DNA of 64,000 nt. It comes from Escherichia phage phiWec186. The stretch lies in the sequence record LC739535.1. One strand, given 5' to 3'. Below, in pieces: positions 1 to 9,076 of this stretch. Each line of letters begins with the position of its first letter. Positions within the stretch are counted from its first letter, which is position 1. Below the pieces are notes generated by a model. That model worked only from the letters and a program-made list of their open reading frames with translations. It did no database searches and was not told where the DNA came from. The translations under genes and the position numbers were made by a program.

Positions 1-1
1 G

Positions 2-994
2 CATCGCTCTGTTGCTAACGTTCCTCGCGTTACATCGTTGTTTGGGTACGAAATGCGTAACTTGTTTGGGGTAGAAACACCGCGTTACTTCCAGATCGGT
101 TATGACTTTGACTCCTTGGAAGCAAAGATTGAGTCGCATTATTGTTGGCGCTACGAACCGGAGCCTCATGAATACTGTAACGCTCTCTTGTTGGAGAAGC
201 CTAACGATGTTCATACCATGATGGCAAGACGTATCACAGAAACTATTGGACGTAAGTTTGAACGTAGTCCAGCTAAATCTGTTAAATACGGGATTACATA
301 TGGAGCACAGGCAGACAAAGTTGCTAAGACAATTGGTAGTGATAAGTACACAGGACAACTGGTATTTGATGCGTTCTGGGAAGCAGCTTTCCCGTTAGCA
401 CAACTGAAAGAGAAGTTGAATGCTTTCTGGGTTAACACTGGCAAGCAGTATGTTCTCGGTATTGATGGACGTAAAGTTCCAACACGATCTGCACATGCAA
501 TCTTAAACTCCTTGTTCCAAAGTGGCGGGGTTATCTGTGCCAAGCGTGCAATGGTAATCTATGACGATATGATTGAAGAGGAAGGTTTAGCTGTTGACTT
601 CTTCGTAGATGACTGGAAGAATAAAGAGTTCGTTCAGCAAATGATTGCTTACCACGATGAAGCGCAGCTTGAAGTATCTCGTAACTTGGTGGAATTTAAA
701 TGGTTCTCCAAAGAGTCTTTAGGTTGGGTTAAAGTGGATGACGAGAAAGAGCAGAAGAAAATAGATGCGGAATGTCTTGCAAAAGCTAATGAATGGAAGC
801 ATAATAAAGAGAAAGAGACAGGGCAGATTTGGGCTAACGTTCACGAATCACCTAAAGGTGGTTGGTTTACCGCTTATAGTCGTGCCGGAGAACTTGCTTC
901 TCTTGCTGTTATCAAAGCTGGGGAATATTACAAACTAAACGTTCAGCTTACCGCTGGATACGATGTTGGTAGTTCCTGGGCCAGTTGTCATTGA
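2..994 (+). CDS. DNA polymerase, family A (Pol I-like), C-terminal portion; 5' end lies upstream of the window
   Basis: Frame is open from base 2. Motif B-like RSPAKSVKYGITYG (R..AK...YG..YG) and motif C HDE (AYHDEAQLEV) of family-A polymerases. Confidence 0.8.
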   Translation, partial: HRSVANVPRVTSLFGYEMRNLFGVETPRYFQIGYDFDSLEAKIESHYCWRYEPEPHEYCNALLLEKPNDVHTMMARRITETIGRKFERSPAKSVKYGITYGAQADKVAKTIGSDKYTGQLVFDAFWEAAFPLAQLKEKLNAFWVNTGKQYVLGIDGRKVPTRSAHAILNSLFQSGGVICAKRAMVIYDDMIEEEGLAVDFFVDDWKNKEFVQQMIAYHDEAQLEVSRNLVEFKWFSKESLGWVKVDDEKEQKKIDAECLAKANEWKHNKEKETGQIWANVHESPKGGWFTAYSRAGELASLAVIKAGEYYKLNVQLTAGYDVGSSWASCH

Positions 995-1021
995 CATTTA
1001 CTTGATTTTAAAGGAGTTTTT

Positions 1022-1618
1022 ATGCTTACTGTATATGGTGAAGGTATTAATGATCTGGAGGGTGAGAGCACTCTACCTGGTAGTAAGAAACTGACTCCTC
1101 ATTATATGAAATGGATGGCTATGTTGGGGAGGTGTTACTCCCCTTGCCAACAAGAACGTGATCCTTGTTATCATGGGGTGCTGGTCTGTGAAGAATGGAA
1201 GCTGTTTTCCAACTTCTATGCTTGGTTAAAAACTTGGGAAGAGTGGGAGAAATTAGAATTAGACAAGGATATTATTGGAGGGGGAGTTTACTCCCCTAAC
1301 ACCTGCCTTTTAGTAACAGGAGATCTTAACAAGTTCTTAGCTTATAGAGTGAGTAAAAGATCTCATGGAACTATGGTAGGTTTACATTACGAAAAAGATC
1401 GTAAGAAGTATAAAGCCAATATTAAAACAGGCTCACGCATGGTAACACTTGGACGTTTTGATACTGAACTTGAGGCGCATCTTTGTTGGTTGAAAGCTAA
1501 AGCAGAACAACTTACAAAGTTTTTTGAAACAGAAGACAAAAGAGTTGTTCCACATCTTAAAGCATTGTATAATGATATGCTTGAACATATTGAACAACGT
1601 AAGGAGTGGACACGATAG
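1022..1618 (+). CDS. homing-endonuclease-like protein with C-terminal AP2-type DNA-binding domain
   Basis: C-terminal GLHYEKDRKKYKANIKTGSRMVTLGRFDTELEAHLCW resembles AP2 domains of phage HNH/GIY homing endonucleases; free-standing gene directly after the polymerase gene. Confidence 0.5.
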   Translation: MLTVYGEGINDLEGESTLPGSKKLTPHYMKWMAMLGRCYSPCQQERDPCYHGVLVCEEWKLFSNFYAWLKTWEEWEKLELDKDIIGGGVYSPNTCLLVTGDLNKFLAYRVSKRSHGTMVGLHYEKDRKKYKANIKTGSRMVTLGRFDTELEAHLCWLKAKAEQLTKFFETEDKRVVPHLKALYNDMLEHIEQRKEWTR

Positions 1619-1626
1619 GAGGGTAT

Positions 1627-1821
1627 ATGCGTTACGATTTAGATTACTTTGGTATGCCTTACCTACCCGATGAGTTCGCAGATGAGGCGGAAGATCGTGA
1701 GTGGGATGATGGGGATATCCGTTGTTGGTCTTGTGGTAAAGACATGTCTTACGAACAACACATGCACAACGATGGCTTCTGTCCGCACTGTCAGAATGAA
1801 ATAGATTTAGAGGAGGACTAA
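1627..1821 (+). CDS. small acidic Cys-rich (zinc-ribbon-like) protein
   Basis: ATG at 1627 preceded by GGAGGG; CWSCG...CPHCQ pairs; acidic C-terminus. Confidence 0.45.
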   Translation: MRYDLDYFGMPYLPDEFADEAEDREWDDGDIRCWSCGKDMSYEQHMHNDGFCPHCQNEIDLEED

Positions 1822-1824
1822 TAA

Positions 1825-1992
1825 TGACTTCCGGTATTATGATCTGTTATAAGATCGTTCGTATTGTTGGGGATGAAGTTACTACTCGCCACTTTATGAT
1901 TGAAAATCATGCTGATGAGGTGTATAATGATTGGCTGGAACAAGGCGGATACGACTTCGTATCTAAAGAAACTTTCCACTTAGAAGTATAAG
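1825..1992 (+). CDS. hypothetical small protein (55 aa)
   Basis: ORF read by eye, preceded by GAGGAGG; below the size cut-off of the supplied ORF track. Confidence 0.35.
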
Positions 1993-2000
1993 GAGAAGAA

Positions 2001-2219
2001 ATGCGTAAATTAGTGAGTTTTAATGTTTCAATTCTGATTGATGAACAAAATGAAGATGTTATTAAAGGTCTTGCAAATAAGATTGAAGGTGGAATGACGG
2101 AAGCAGAAGTATGGGAAGAATGTGCTCGACTTTATGAAGCAGGTGTTCTTGAAGTCTTGGAAGATGAGATTAATATGGATGATGTTGTTAAAGTAACTGT
2201 GGAGCGTATCAATGACTAA
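2001..2219 (+). CDS. hypothetical protein
   Basis: ORF with AAGGAGAAG RBS; co-oriented in early block. Confidence 0.5.
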   Translation: MRKLVSFNVSILIDEQNEDVIKGLANKIEGGMTEAEVWEECARLYEAGVLEVLEDEINMDDVVKVTVERIND

Positions 2220-2817
2220 ATCAAGCCAGATTACCCTTGCCCGTGAGATCCTTACTGTTCTTAAGATTGCTGATCCTCGTTCAATCCTGGCAGGTGGCGC
2301 GGTCCGTGATTGGTACATGCTGGACATTGCAGGGCGAGATCTGGACTTCTATACATCATTCCAGCCACACCGAAACATAGATCAGGTGATTACGTTTATC
2401 AAAGAGAATCTTAAAGGCACCAATGTAACCGTGTTAGGTCAGGAGGAAATGGGTGACAACTATGAGTCTATGATCGGACTGAAACATGTGTTTGAGTTTA
2501 TCCGTGATGATCAGGTTTGCAATCTCATGATCATGGAACCATGCTACATGAGCAACATCCTGAAAAACTTTGATCTTTCTGTTTGCAAAGCTTCGTTTGA
2601 TGGTGTAGAATATTACTTCGATCCTGACTTCCTGGTAACAGATGCAACAAATATTTGCTTCGTGCATAAGGATGTTAAAGTGGATGCGAAACACGTCCGT
2701 AAGATCGCGGATCGCTTCCCGCACATGCGTTTTGTACGTGACTTGGATGTGCAGCGTCGCACGCAAGATAAGGCTCTACCAAAGTTCGAAGATACTGATG
2801 AAGATATTCCTTGGTAA
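2212..2817 (+). CDS. Pol-beta-superfamily mini nucleotidyltransferase (CCA-adding-enzyme-like head motif)
   Basis: ILAGGAVRDWYMLDIAGRDLDFY matches the GGxVRD...DxD signature of tRNA nucleotidyltransferase head domains; only 201 aa; C-terminal EDTDEDIPW acidic tail. Confidence 0.55.
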   Translation: MTKSSQITLAREILTVLKIADPRSILAGGAVRDWYMLDIAGRDLDFYTSFQPHRNIDQVITFIKENLKGTNVTVLGQEEMGDNYESMIGLKHVFEFIRDDQVCNLMIMEPCYMSNILKNFDLSVCKASFDGVEYYFDPDFLVTDATNICFVHKDVKVDAKHVRKIADRFPHMRFVRDLDVQRRTQDKALPKFEDTDEDIPW

Positions 2818-2823
2818 TAAAGC

Positions 2824-2853
2824 TTGACTTTCACTAATCTTTTATGATAGGAT
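2824..2853 (+). promoter_or_regulatory. sigma70-like promoter (TTGACT, ~18 bp spacer, TAGGAT)
   Basis: Hexamers read directly; lies upstream of the CDS at 2862. Confidence 0.4.
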
Positions 2854-2861
2854 GACAATCA

Positions 2862-3257
2862 ATGACTGAACGTTCAAAAGTAAGTGTTGAAACTGAATAC
2901 AGCGAATACCTGAACAGTTTGATACTTGTTGAAAAAGATGTAATAGGTCTGGATAACTCGTTCTTCTTTCAAATCCTGATAGGTAAGGGTGGACACCGAA
3001 AGTTATTCTCTCGCGTGGAAGACTCTGACCTATCCGAAACTGAAATAACGGTTAAAGAACTTATTAGCCTACAGGATAACATCCGAAAAGTTATTGACAC
3101 AGCCGGGAACGCTGTTACAATAAAACTCGACATGCATTCTGTGCAATTTGTTCATTTTCCGAATGGAGAAATTGGAGTTGGAATAGGTAAAGGTAAGTAC
3201 CTTTTAGAAAAAGAAAACGCAGAGCTTCTTCGTGAGTTCTGTGCAAAAACAATGTGA
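2862..3257 (+). CDS. hypothetical protein
   Basis: ORF downstream of promoter-like site. Confidence 0.5.
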   Translation: MTERSKVSVETEYSEYLNSLILVEKDVIGLDNSFFFQILIGKGGHRKLFSRVEDSDLSETEITVKELISLQDNIRKVIDTAGNAVTIKLDMHSVQFVHFPNGEIGVGIGKGKYLLEKENAELLREFCAKTM

Positions 3258-3274
3258 ATATAGAGGAGATAATA

Positions 3275-4183
3275 ATGTCCGTAATTAATACTGAAACTGA
3301 TCGTAAAGGCAAAACTGTAACTTATGCAACTGGTGTTGTAGACTACGTTAAACTGGATAAATTCGCAGAGCCTAAAACCTTCCAATGGGATGGTAAGTCG
3401 ATTGTTTCTACTCACCGTGCTTCACTCGTTCTGAAAGAAAAGGGTGCCAAGCAGGATGCAAAAGGGACGTGGATTAGCCTGGGTGATATTGAACTGAAAG
3501 AAGGTTACGAAAATCTTCAGGTTAAAGATGGTGATACTTGGATCACTATCGAAAAAGGTGTTGAAGTTAGTATTGATATCGACAAAGTTGATACCAAAGG
3601 CGACAAAACTTACTACAATACCAAGAAATCTCGTATCACTGTTCTTTCTACTGAAGGTGTTCAGAAGAAAGAAAATAAATCTGGTGGGACTGGCGTTTCA
3701 GGTAATACTGGAAACAAACAATCCTTCAAAAAACGTGATACCGTAGGTCTTGAGACTGGTCATGCAGTTAACGGAGCTTTGGAACTGATTCGTAATGGTG
3801 TGAAAGGTGAAGCGTTTGATATTGCAGGTGTGGTTCAGTCTGCTACTGTGACTCTGAAAGCTGAAGTGGCTAAAGAGCGTGGCGTAGATATCAGTGATTA
3901 TGATCTGGGGGCTTCTGTTGGTCACGCTGTTCTGAATGCCTGTAAAGATCATTCCGGTAAGACTGTTTCGGTAGAAGATTTGATTGAAACTGCTCGTGAA
4001 GTTCTGGCACTTTCTGACAAGGTAGCTAATGCCATTCGTGGCGCAGCAGAACAACCTAAGAAAGAAGAAGCCAAGAAAGAGCCTAAGAAGGAAGAACCGA
4101 AGCAGGAGCCTAAACAAGAACCTGCTCCTCAACAAAATCCAGAAGAACCTCCAATGGACTTCGATGATGATATTCCATTCTGA
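3275..4183 (+). CDS. ssb: single-stranded DNA-binding protein
   Basis: C-terminus ...PPMDFDDDIPF is the canonical bacterial SSB acidic tail; Gly/Lys/Glu-rich linker before it; ATG at 3275 preceded by GAGGAG (the track's GTG start at 3254 is less likely). Confidence 0.75.
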   Translation: MSVINTETDRKGKTVTYATGVVDYVKLDKFAEPKTFQWDGKSIVSTHRASLVLKEKGAKQDAKGTWISLGDIELKEGYENLQVKDGDTWITIEKGVEVSIDIDKVDTKGDKTYYNTKKSRITVLSTEGVQKKENKSGGTGVSGNTGNKQSFKKRDTVGLETGHAVNGALELIRNGVKGEAFDIAGVVQSATVTLKAEVAKERGVDISDYDLGASVGHAVLNACKDHSGKTVSVEDLIETAREVLALSDKVANAIRGAAEQPKKEEAKKEPKKEEPKQEPKQEPAPQQNPEEPPMDFDDDIPF

Positions 4184-4210
4184 TCTTATTGATTTATAAA
4201 GAGTTTTTAT

Positions 4211-4248
4211 AAAAGAAAAGGGAACCTTTGCGGGTTCCCTTTTTTATT
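4211..4248. terminator. bidirectional rho-independent terminator between convergent genes
   Basis: 8-bp stem AGGGAACC/GGTTCCCT flanked by an A-run upstream and a T-run downstream. Confidence 0.6.
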
Positions 4249-6922
4249 AGTCGTAATATTTCAAACCTGTAATAAACTTCGATCCCCAATCCGCACTTGC
4301 GGCGGTGAACGTCAACATCCAAGTTGTAGCTGTACCAGTGAAGACCTCTCGTTGCACAGTACCATCAGTGTGGTAAATGTCCACGCCAGTATGTCCATTC
4401 TTAGGAATAGTGAAGGTAACAGCACTGGTAGTGTCTCGTGCATAAGAACAAACAAATGGTGTCCCCGCCCAGACTGGATTTGTCAAATCACCCATCTCAA
4501 GTTGTGGAACCCAAGCAATAAGACCTGCCGTACCATCTCCTGCGAAAGTGTCTGATCCACTTGCATTCAAAGCTATAATCTCATAGGTTATAGATGCTTG
4601 TTTGGCAACTGTCACTTTGTGTAGAATTACACGATACCAACCATTCCCCATATCGATTATGTTTGCATCTGCACCTGTAAATGTTCCAGCTACAAGATCA
4701 TAAGTCCCTTCGTTAATCTCATCTCCTGAAGTCAATTTGAGTTTCACTTTAGTGATCCCGTCTGGCTTCAAGAATACGGATGCCGCCCAGTGCTTACCTG
4801 CTGTAATATCAGAAGCTGTATTCACTGCTGATAAAATATGTTGTCCTGAAGTTGTAGAAGGTGTTAACTTGTAAGTGTTAGCCGTAGTTCCAATCGGAGA
4901 GTTGATTGTTGATGCTGTGACTGTCAAGTTCGTCTTCAACCACGGGGAAGCTGTTGTCAAGTTATTGTTGATAAAGATATGTGTACGGTTGGCTGCTACA
5001 ACACGTCTACCTTGTGGAGTTGTACCAACATATTCTAAAGGTGCTACGGGAGCAGAACTCTCTGTAGGTACAAGGATATCTCCAGAAGTCCTGGCATAAC
5101 GGTTACTCCTGTTGACCTTTACATCCACCGGAATAGTTTCTTGCGTCAAATCATAGTCCATCACAATCACCACAGCATTCACTGCGAGATAAGAACTATC
5201 TTCGGCAGTTACCACGCCTTGATAAGTTGCTCTACAACCAATACGACAATCTCCATCAGTAACCGCTGTAATAACGCCTGTAACGGGGTCAACTGTTGCT
5301 ACTGTAGGGTCGTTAGAGAAATACTCAACAACCATACCAGGGAGGTTTTCTGCCCCTGCTGGGGTTATTTCTGCCACCAATGTTTGCGTTGTCCCTTCAT
5401 CCATAGCTGAAAGACTTGGAGTATACACTTCCAACGTTGAAGCATAACCTCCAGAGCTATCTGATAAAGTTGTTCCTGCTGCATTCAGTGCTGTCATCCC
5501 CGCATCAAAACCACCTTCAGCCACAAACGTCATCAAACCAGAAGCAGATATTGTCATGTACGCTGGGGCAGATGTTGTGTAAGCTTCATTGAAGATTTTG
5601 GCTCCTGAAGGACTTACTGAATAGGTTAACTGTTTGCTCCCACCAACAATACAAATACCTAAAGAATCTGTAGTTAAACTGGTAGCCAACTCTGATCCTA
5701 AGATCGAATCTTGTGAAATAGGTGCGAACTTGTTAGAATTCAACGTCCCATTAAACAGAGGATTGGTCTTACCATCAACAGTAACACCAGAGTAAAACAG
5801 ATTACCATCGTAGACAAAGAAAGTTGCATGGTAGCCTAACTGGTTAGTCACATCCAGATTCTGACTGTGGACACTTGTTAGTTTGCTCATGTCCCAACTC
5901 GGAACACCTTCGGGCTTAAGAGGCTTCTCAACAACCAAAGGATCTGTTGCCAGAGATGCGTAACCAACACCTAAGTTTCCTGTGTAGTTTTTACCTACAG
6001 CCCACAAACTGTTATTAATACTTAAGAAGAAAGCGTGGCGACTCATTGGGAAACTCCATGCAGAGAAACCGCCAGAGAAGTTGCTTACTTTCGTATAAGT
6101 TGTCGCAGTGTTAGAACGTGCATACAAATAATTCGTTGTTCCAGTACCGCCAGAGGTATCTCCAATTACCAATGTCTGGGAAACTGTGTTAACGTAATCT
6201 TTCACATAAACTGTTTCGGTAGAAGATATAGTCGCAGTAACGAAAGCTGTTGTTGTACTGTTGTTACCTGCCATACCTTTGCTTGCACCGCAAACACGTA
6301 ATGAACCAACGTTGTTAAGGTAAGAACATTGGTTGTATCCTGCATCAAATGCTAAAGCAACAGAAGTTATTTGACGTGGACTTGGGATTTGGTTAGTATT
6401 ACTTGAACCAAGGCTCCCCACTGTGTTTTGTCCTGAACCATAAAGCACTCCATTGTTCATGAGCCACAAGGTATTATTATAACCCCCTTTAACCTCTTTC
6501 AGGTTGGCTAAGGTTATGATTGAGGTAATAGACGATGGGAAGCTGGTCCACGTAGTCATGCAAACATCAGCGCCGCCAGCGGCTGTAGATCCAACAAGAC
6601 CTGCTAACAAGCCAGCATACTGCCAACCACCACTTTGAAGCTTGATAACGAAGCAACGATCTGCCGGAAATATATCTTCTGCTGTTGTTGATGCCAAATG
6701 GAAGGTAGAGTATTTTGCTGTACGTGTGCCGTCAGCAATCTCTCCGAACACATTATCCCCTTGAGTGAATAAACGCCCATCGTTCAAGAGGAGAGCTAAA
6801 CTGGTTTTAGAGTTGCCAGAAGCGTCTGGGTAATCTAAAGTTATTACTTTCTTGATTATTCCTGCTGGAAGTGGAACTACACCTGTGCTGGTCATAATCA
6901 TCATTACTGGAATTGGAAACAT
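4247..6922 (-). CDS. long tail fibre / receptor-binding protein
   Basis: 891-aa Ser/Thr/Gly/Asn-rich beta-type protein at the distal end of the tail module. Confidence 0.55.
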   Translation of the reverse strand: MFPIPVMMIMTSTGVVPLPAGIIKKVITLDYPDASGNSKTSLALLLNDGRLFTQGDNVFGEIADGTRTAKYSTFHLASTTAEDIFPADRCFVIKLQSGGWQYAGLLAGLVGSTAAGGADVCMTTWTSFPSSITSIITLANLKEVKGGYNNTLWLMNNGVLYGSGQNTVGSLGSSNTNQIPSPRQITSVALAFDAGYNQCSYLNNVGSLRVCGASKGMAGNNSTTTAFVTATISSTETVYVKDYVNTVSQTLVIGDTSGGTGTTNYLYARSNTATTYTKVSNFSGGFSAWSFPMSRHAFFLSINNSLWAVGKNYTGNLGVGYASLATDPLVVEKPLKPEGVPSWDMSKLTSVHSQNLDVTNQLGYHATFFVYDGNLFYSGVTVDGKTNPLFNGTLNSNKFAPISQDSILGSELATSLTTDSLGICIVGGSKQLTYSVSPSGAKIFNEAYTTSAPAYMTISASGLMTFVAEGGFDAGMTALNAAGTTLSDSSGGYASTLEVYTPSLSAMDEGTTQTLVAEITPAGAENLPGMVVEYFSNDPTVATVDPVTGVITAVTDGDCRIGCRATYQGVVTAEDSSYLAVNAVVIVMDYDLTQETIPVDVKVNRSNRYARTSGDILVPTESSAPVAPLEYVGTTPQGRRVVAANRTHIFINNNLTTASPWLKTNLTVTASTINSPIGTTANTYKLTPSTTSGQHILSAVNTASDITAGKHWAASVFLKPDGITKVKLKLTSGDEINEGTYDLVAGTFTGADANIIDMGNGWYRVILHKVTVAKQASITYEIIALNASGSDTFAGDGTAGLIAWVPQLEMGDLTNPVWAGTPFVCSYARDTTSAVTFTIPKNGHTGVDIYHTDGTVQREVFTGTATTWMLTFTAASADWGSKFITGLKYYD

Positions 6923-6934
6923 TTTTATCCTCCA

Positions 6935-6962
6935 TAAAAGAAAAGCCCCTTGCGGGGCTTCT
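6935..6962 (-). terminator. rho-independent terminator (minus strand)
   Basis: GC hairpin AAGCCCC-TTGC-GGGGCTT followed by a T-run on the minus strand. Confidence 0.5.
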
Positions 6963-6963
6963 A

Positions 6964-9009
6964 TTATCGTGTTACAACAACCATGTCCACGATATTACCC
7001 GCACCTGGATACGTCAACTGTAGAATTGTCACAGCACTTGCTGCTGTTGCTACATCCGTATCGTTCAGTGCTCCGTAAGACGCATCCAGCGTCACGGTGT
7101 GTCCCGTTGTATCTTGCAGAAGGTAAATCATTGCAGAGAAAGCTTTCGGTTTTGTAGCTCCTGTAACTCCAGGCCATGCCCCGATCGTCAATGCATCTGT
7201 AACGTTGACCACGTACATATTGGTCGCCCCAGAAGGAGTCCAAGAAGTACCTGAACTTGCTACGGTAGTAGTTTCAAGTTCAAGATAACCTGCTGTTACT
7301 TTTGTAGGCGTTATTGCCTCTGTAGGATCGCCAGCCGAGATTTCAATCCAATCACCATCAGAACGCCCGTAGGTCAAACCATCTTCAGGAGCTTCAGGAA
7401 TGCTTGGAAGTGTACCAACTTGCGTCCAAACAGTAGCAGCGGTTTTCTTAAAGACAGCCCCTGTTGCAGTGTTGAAAGCGTAGTCGTTAATAACACCTTC
7501 GGCATTGGTTGGGTTGGTTGCAGCTACAAACCATTGCGCCCCGTCCTTACCATCTGTTCCATTAGTCCCTGGTGTACCGTTAGTTCCGTTTGTCCCGTTA
7601 GTACCTGCTGGACCTGGATCACCCTTATCCCCTTTGTCACCTTTATCGCCTTTTATGCTACCCATGTCAACAAAAGAGGCGGTGTTCGTATCTTTGTCGT
7701 AAGTGTAAATATAAAGGTTACTGGTGTCTTCTGTCAGATAAGCATCGCCATAGTTGTTGTACGTTGGCAGCGCAGAACCGTTTGGTACATGACCTTTGGC
7801 AGTGATAGATGTTCCACCAAGGCTTCCTACGTTCATCCAGTCTGTAGCGCCTTCTACCCAAACATACAAGTTGTTGTTGATAATATATGCATCACCAACT
7901 TCCCCTGTTGCTGGGAGTTCAGATTCATTAGAGAGAACGTCTAAGATTTCCAAGCCAGAGCCTGTTGCCCCAACTGGACCTTGCGGACCTATTTCACCCT
8001 GATCGCCCTGTTCACCTTGAATCCCTTGGTCGCCTTTCTCACCTTTGATCGCTGCGATAAAATCTACTTCCGTCCCTGTGTTACCAATATCTAACCAAGA
8101 TTGGTAAGCTGACTTCCCTTCGTCACCATCTGTCCCATCAAGACCATCAGTACCTGCTTCACCCTGCGGACCTTGTGGGCCTACAATGTTACCCATGTTA
8201 ACCCAGTCTTCACCATTGGAGACATAAAGATATCCACCAATAGAGTAAGCTTGGCTTACGTTATTTGGGTTAGCTGCTGGTAGGTTAGCAGTAGAGTCAA
8301 GATCCCCACGGTAATCAAAACCGTTCGCATTAAGACCTGCTGCCCCTTGTGGACCTTGAGGACCAACGTCTCCTCGATCTCCTTTCAGAGATGCCAAGTA
8401 GTCGTAAATTGTACCAGTATTACCTACTGACAACCACACTTGGTACGCTGACTTCCCTTCTGGACCCAAAGAAGAAATCATTTTCCAAGTTGCGCCGTCC
8501 CAAGCGTAAATGGCATCTCCGACAATCCAACCGTCCCCTAAAGCATTACCTGTTGTAGGTAATTGGTTGATGTTGTTCAAAGATCCTTTGATATTTAATT
8601 GTGCGCCAGTGTCACCTTTAAGAGACGCTAACCATTGTTGTTCTGTGCCTACGAAACCATTATCCAGAGCAATCTGGTAGGCTGATTTCCCAGCTTCAGG
8701 GATTTGAGTAGAGATGTTATTGATCTCTTGCTGCATTATTGCAAAACGGGCATTAATTACTGCGATATCATCAGCAGTACCTACGCTCTCCCATCCAGTG
8801 GAGTTAATACCACCTGTGCTTGCCGGAGTAGAGTTCTCAGGAACAACTTTCGGAAAAGCACCTTTCCATTTATAATAGTTACCGTCATCATCTAAAAGCA
8901 GAACTTCACGGGCATTACGTAAAGTAAATCCCGCTGCAAAGCTTCGACGTTTACGGTACGTAGCTTCGACCATATCTGCAATCGAGCTATTCGGTCTTGT
9001 TAAAAGCAT
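6964..9009 (-). CDS. tail fibre protein with collagen-like Gly-X-Y repeats
   Basis: Runs such as GDKGDKGDKGDPGPAGTNGTNGTNGTPGTNGTDGKDG and GPQGPQGEAGTDGLDGTDGDEG. Confidence 0.65.
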   Translation of the reverse strand: MLLTRPNSSIADMVEATYRKRRSFAAGFTLRNAREVLLLDDDGNYYKWKGAFPKVVPENSTPASTGGINSTGWESVGTADDIAVINARFAIMQQEINNISTQIPEAGKSAYQIALDNGFVGTEQQWLASLKGDTGAQLNIKGSLNNINQLPTTGNALGDGWIVGDAIYAWDGATWKMISSLGPEGKSAYQVWLSVGNTGTIYDYLASLKGDRGDVGPQGPQGAAGLNANGFDYRGDLDSTANLPAANPNNVSQAYSIGGYLYVSNGEDWVNMGNIVGPQGPQGEAGTDGLDGTDGDEGKSAYQSWLDIGNTGTEVDFIAAIKGEKGDQGIQGEQGDQGEIGPQGPVGATGSGLEILDVLSNESELPATGEVGDAYIINNNLYVWVEGATDWMNVGSLGGTSITAKGHVPNGSALPTYNNYGDAYLTEDTSNLYIYTYDKDTNTASFVDMGSIKGDKGDKGDKGDPGPAGTNGTNGTNGTPGTNGTDGKDGAQWFVAATNPTNAEGVINDYAFNTATGAVFKKTAATVWTQVGTLPSIPEAPEDGLTYGRSDGDWIEISAGDPTEAITPTKVTAGYLELETTTVASSGTSWTPSGATNMYVVNVTDALTIGAWPGVTGATKPKAFSAMIYLLQDTTGHTVTLDASYGALNDTDVATAASAVTILQLTYPGAGNIVDMVVVTR

Positions 9010-9049
9010 TTATTTACTCCTGATTAATCATTCGTTTATCGTTGGGAGT

Positions 9050-9075
9050 TAAAAAGGGGGACAAGCCCCCTTTCA
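9050..9075 (-). terminator. rho-independent terminator (minus strand)
   Basis: GGGGG-ACAAG-CCCCC hairpin followed by a T-run on the minus strand. Confidence 0.5.
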
Positions 9076-9076
9076 C

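Noticed and set aside
211-543. Minus-strand ORF (110 aa) inside the DNA polymerase gene
   Set aside because: Fully antisense to a well-supported coding region; no RBS. Treated as a shadow ORF, as were the many similar antisense ORFs inside the structural genes (for example 7420-7944, 10238-10783, 25990-26478).
7500-7680. Short tandem repeats as a possible CRISPR array or VNTR
   Set aside because: The repeats are codon-level Gly-X-Y repeats inside a long ORF, with no spacer-repeat periodicity of 28-37 bp.
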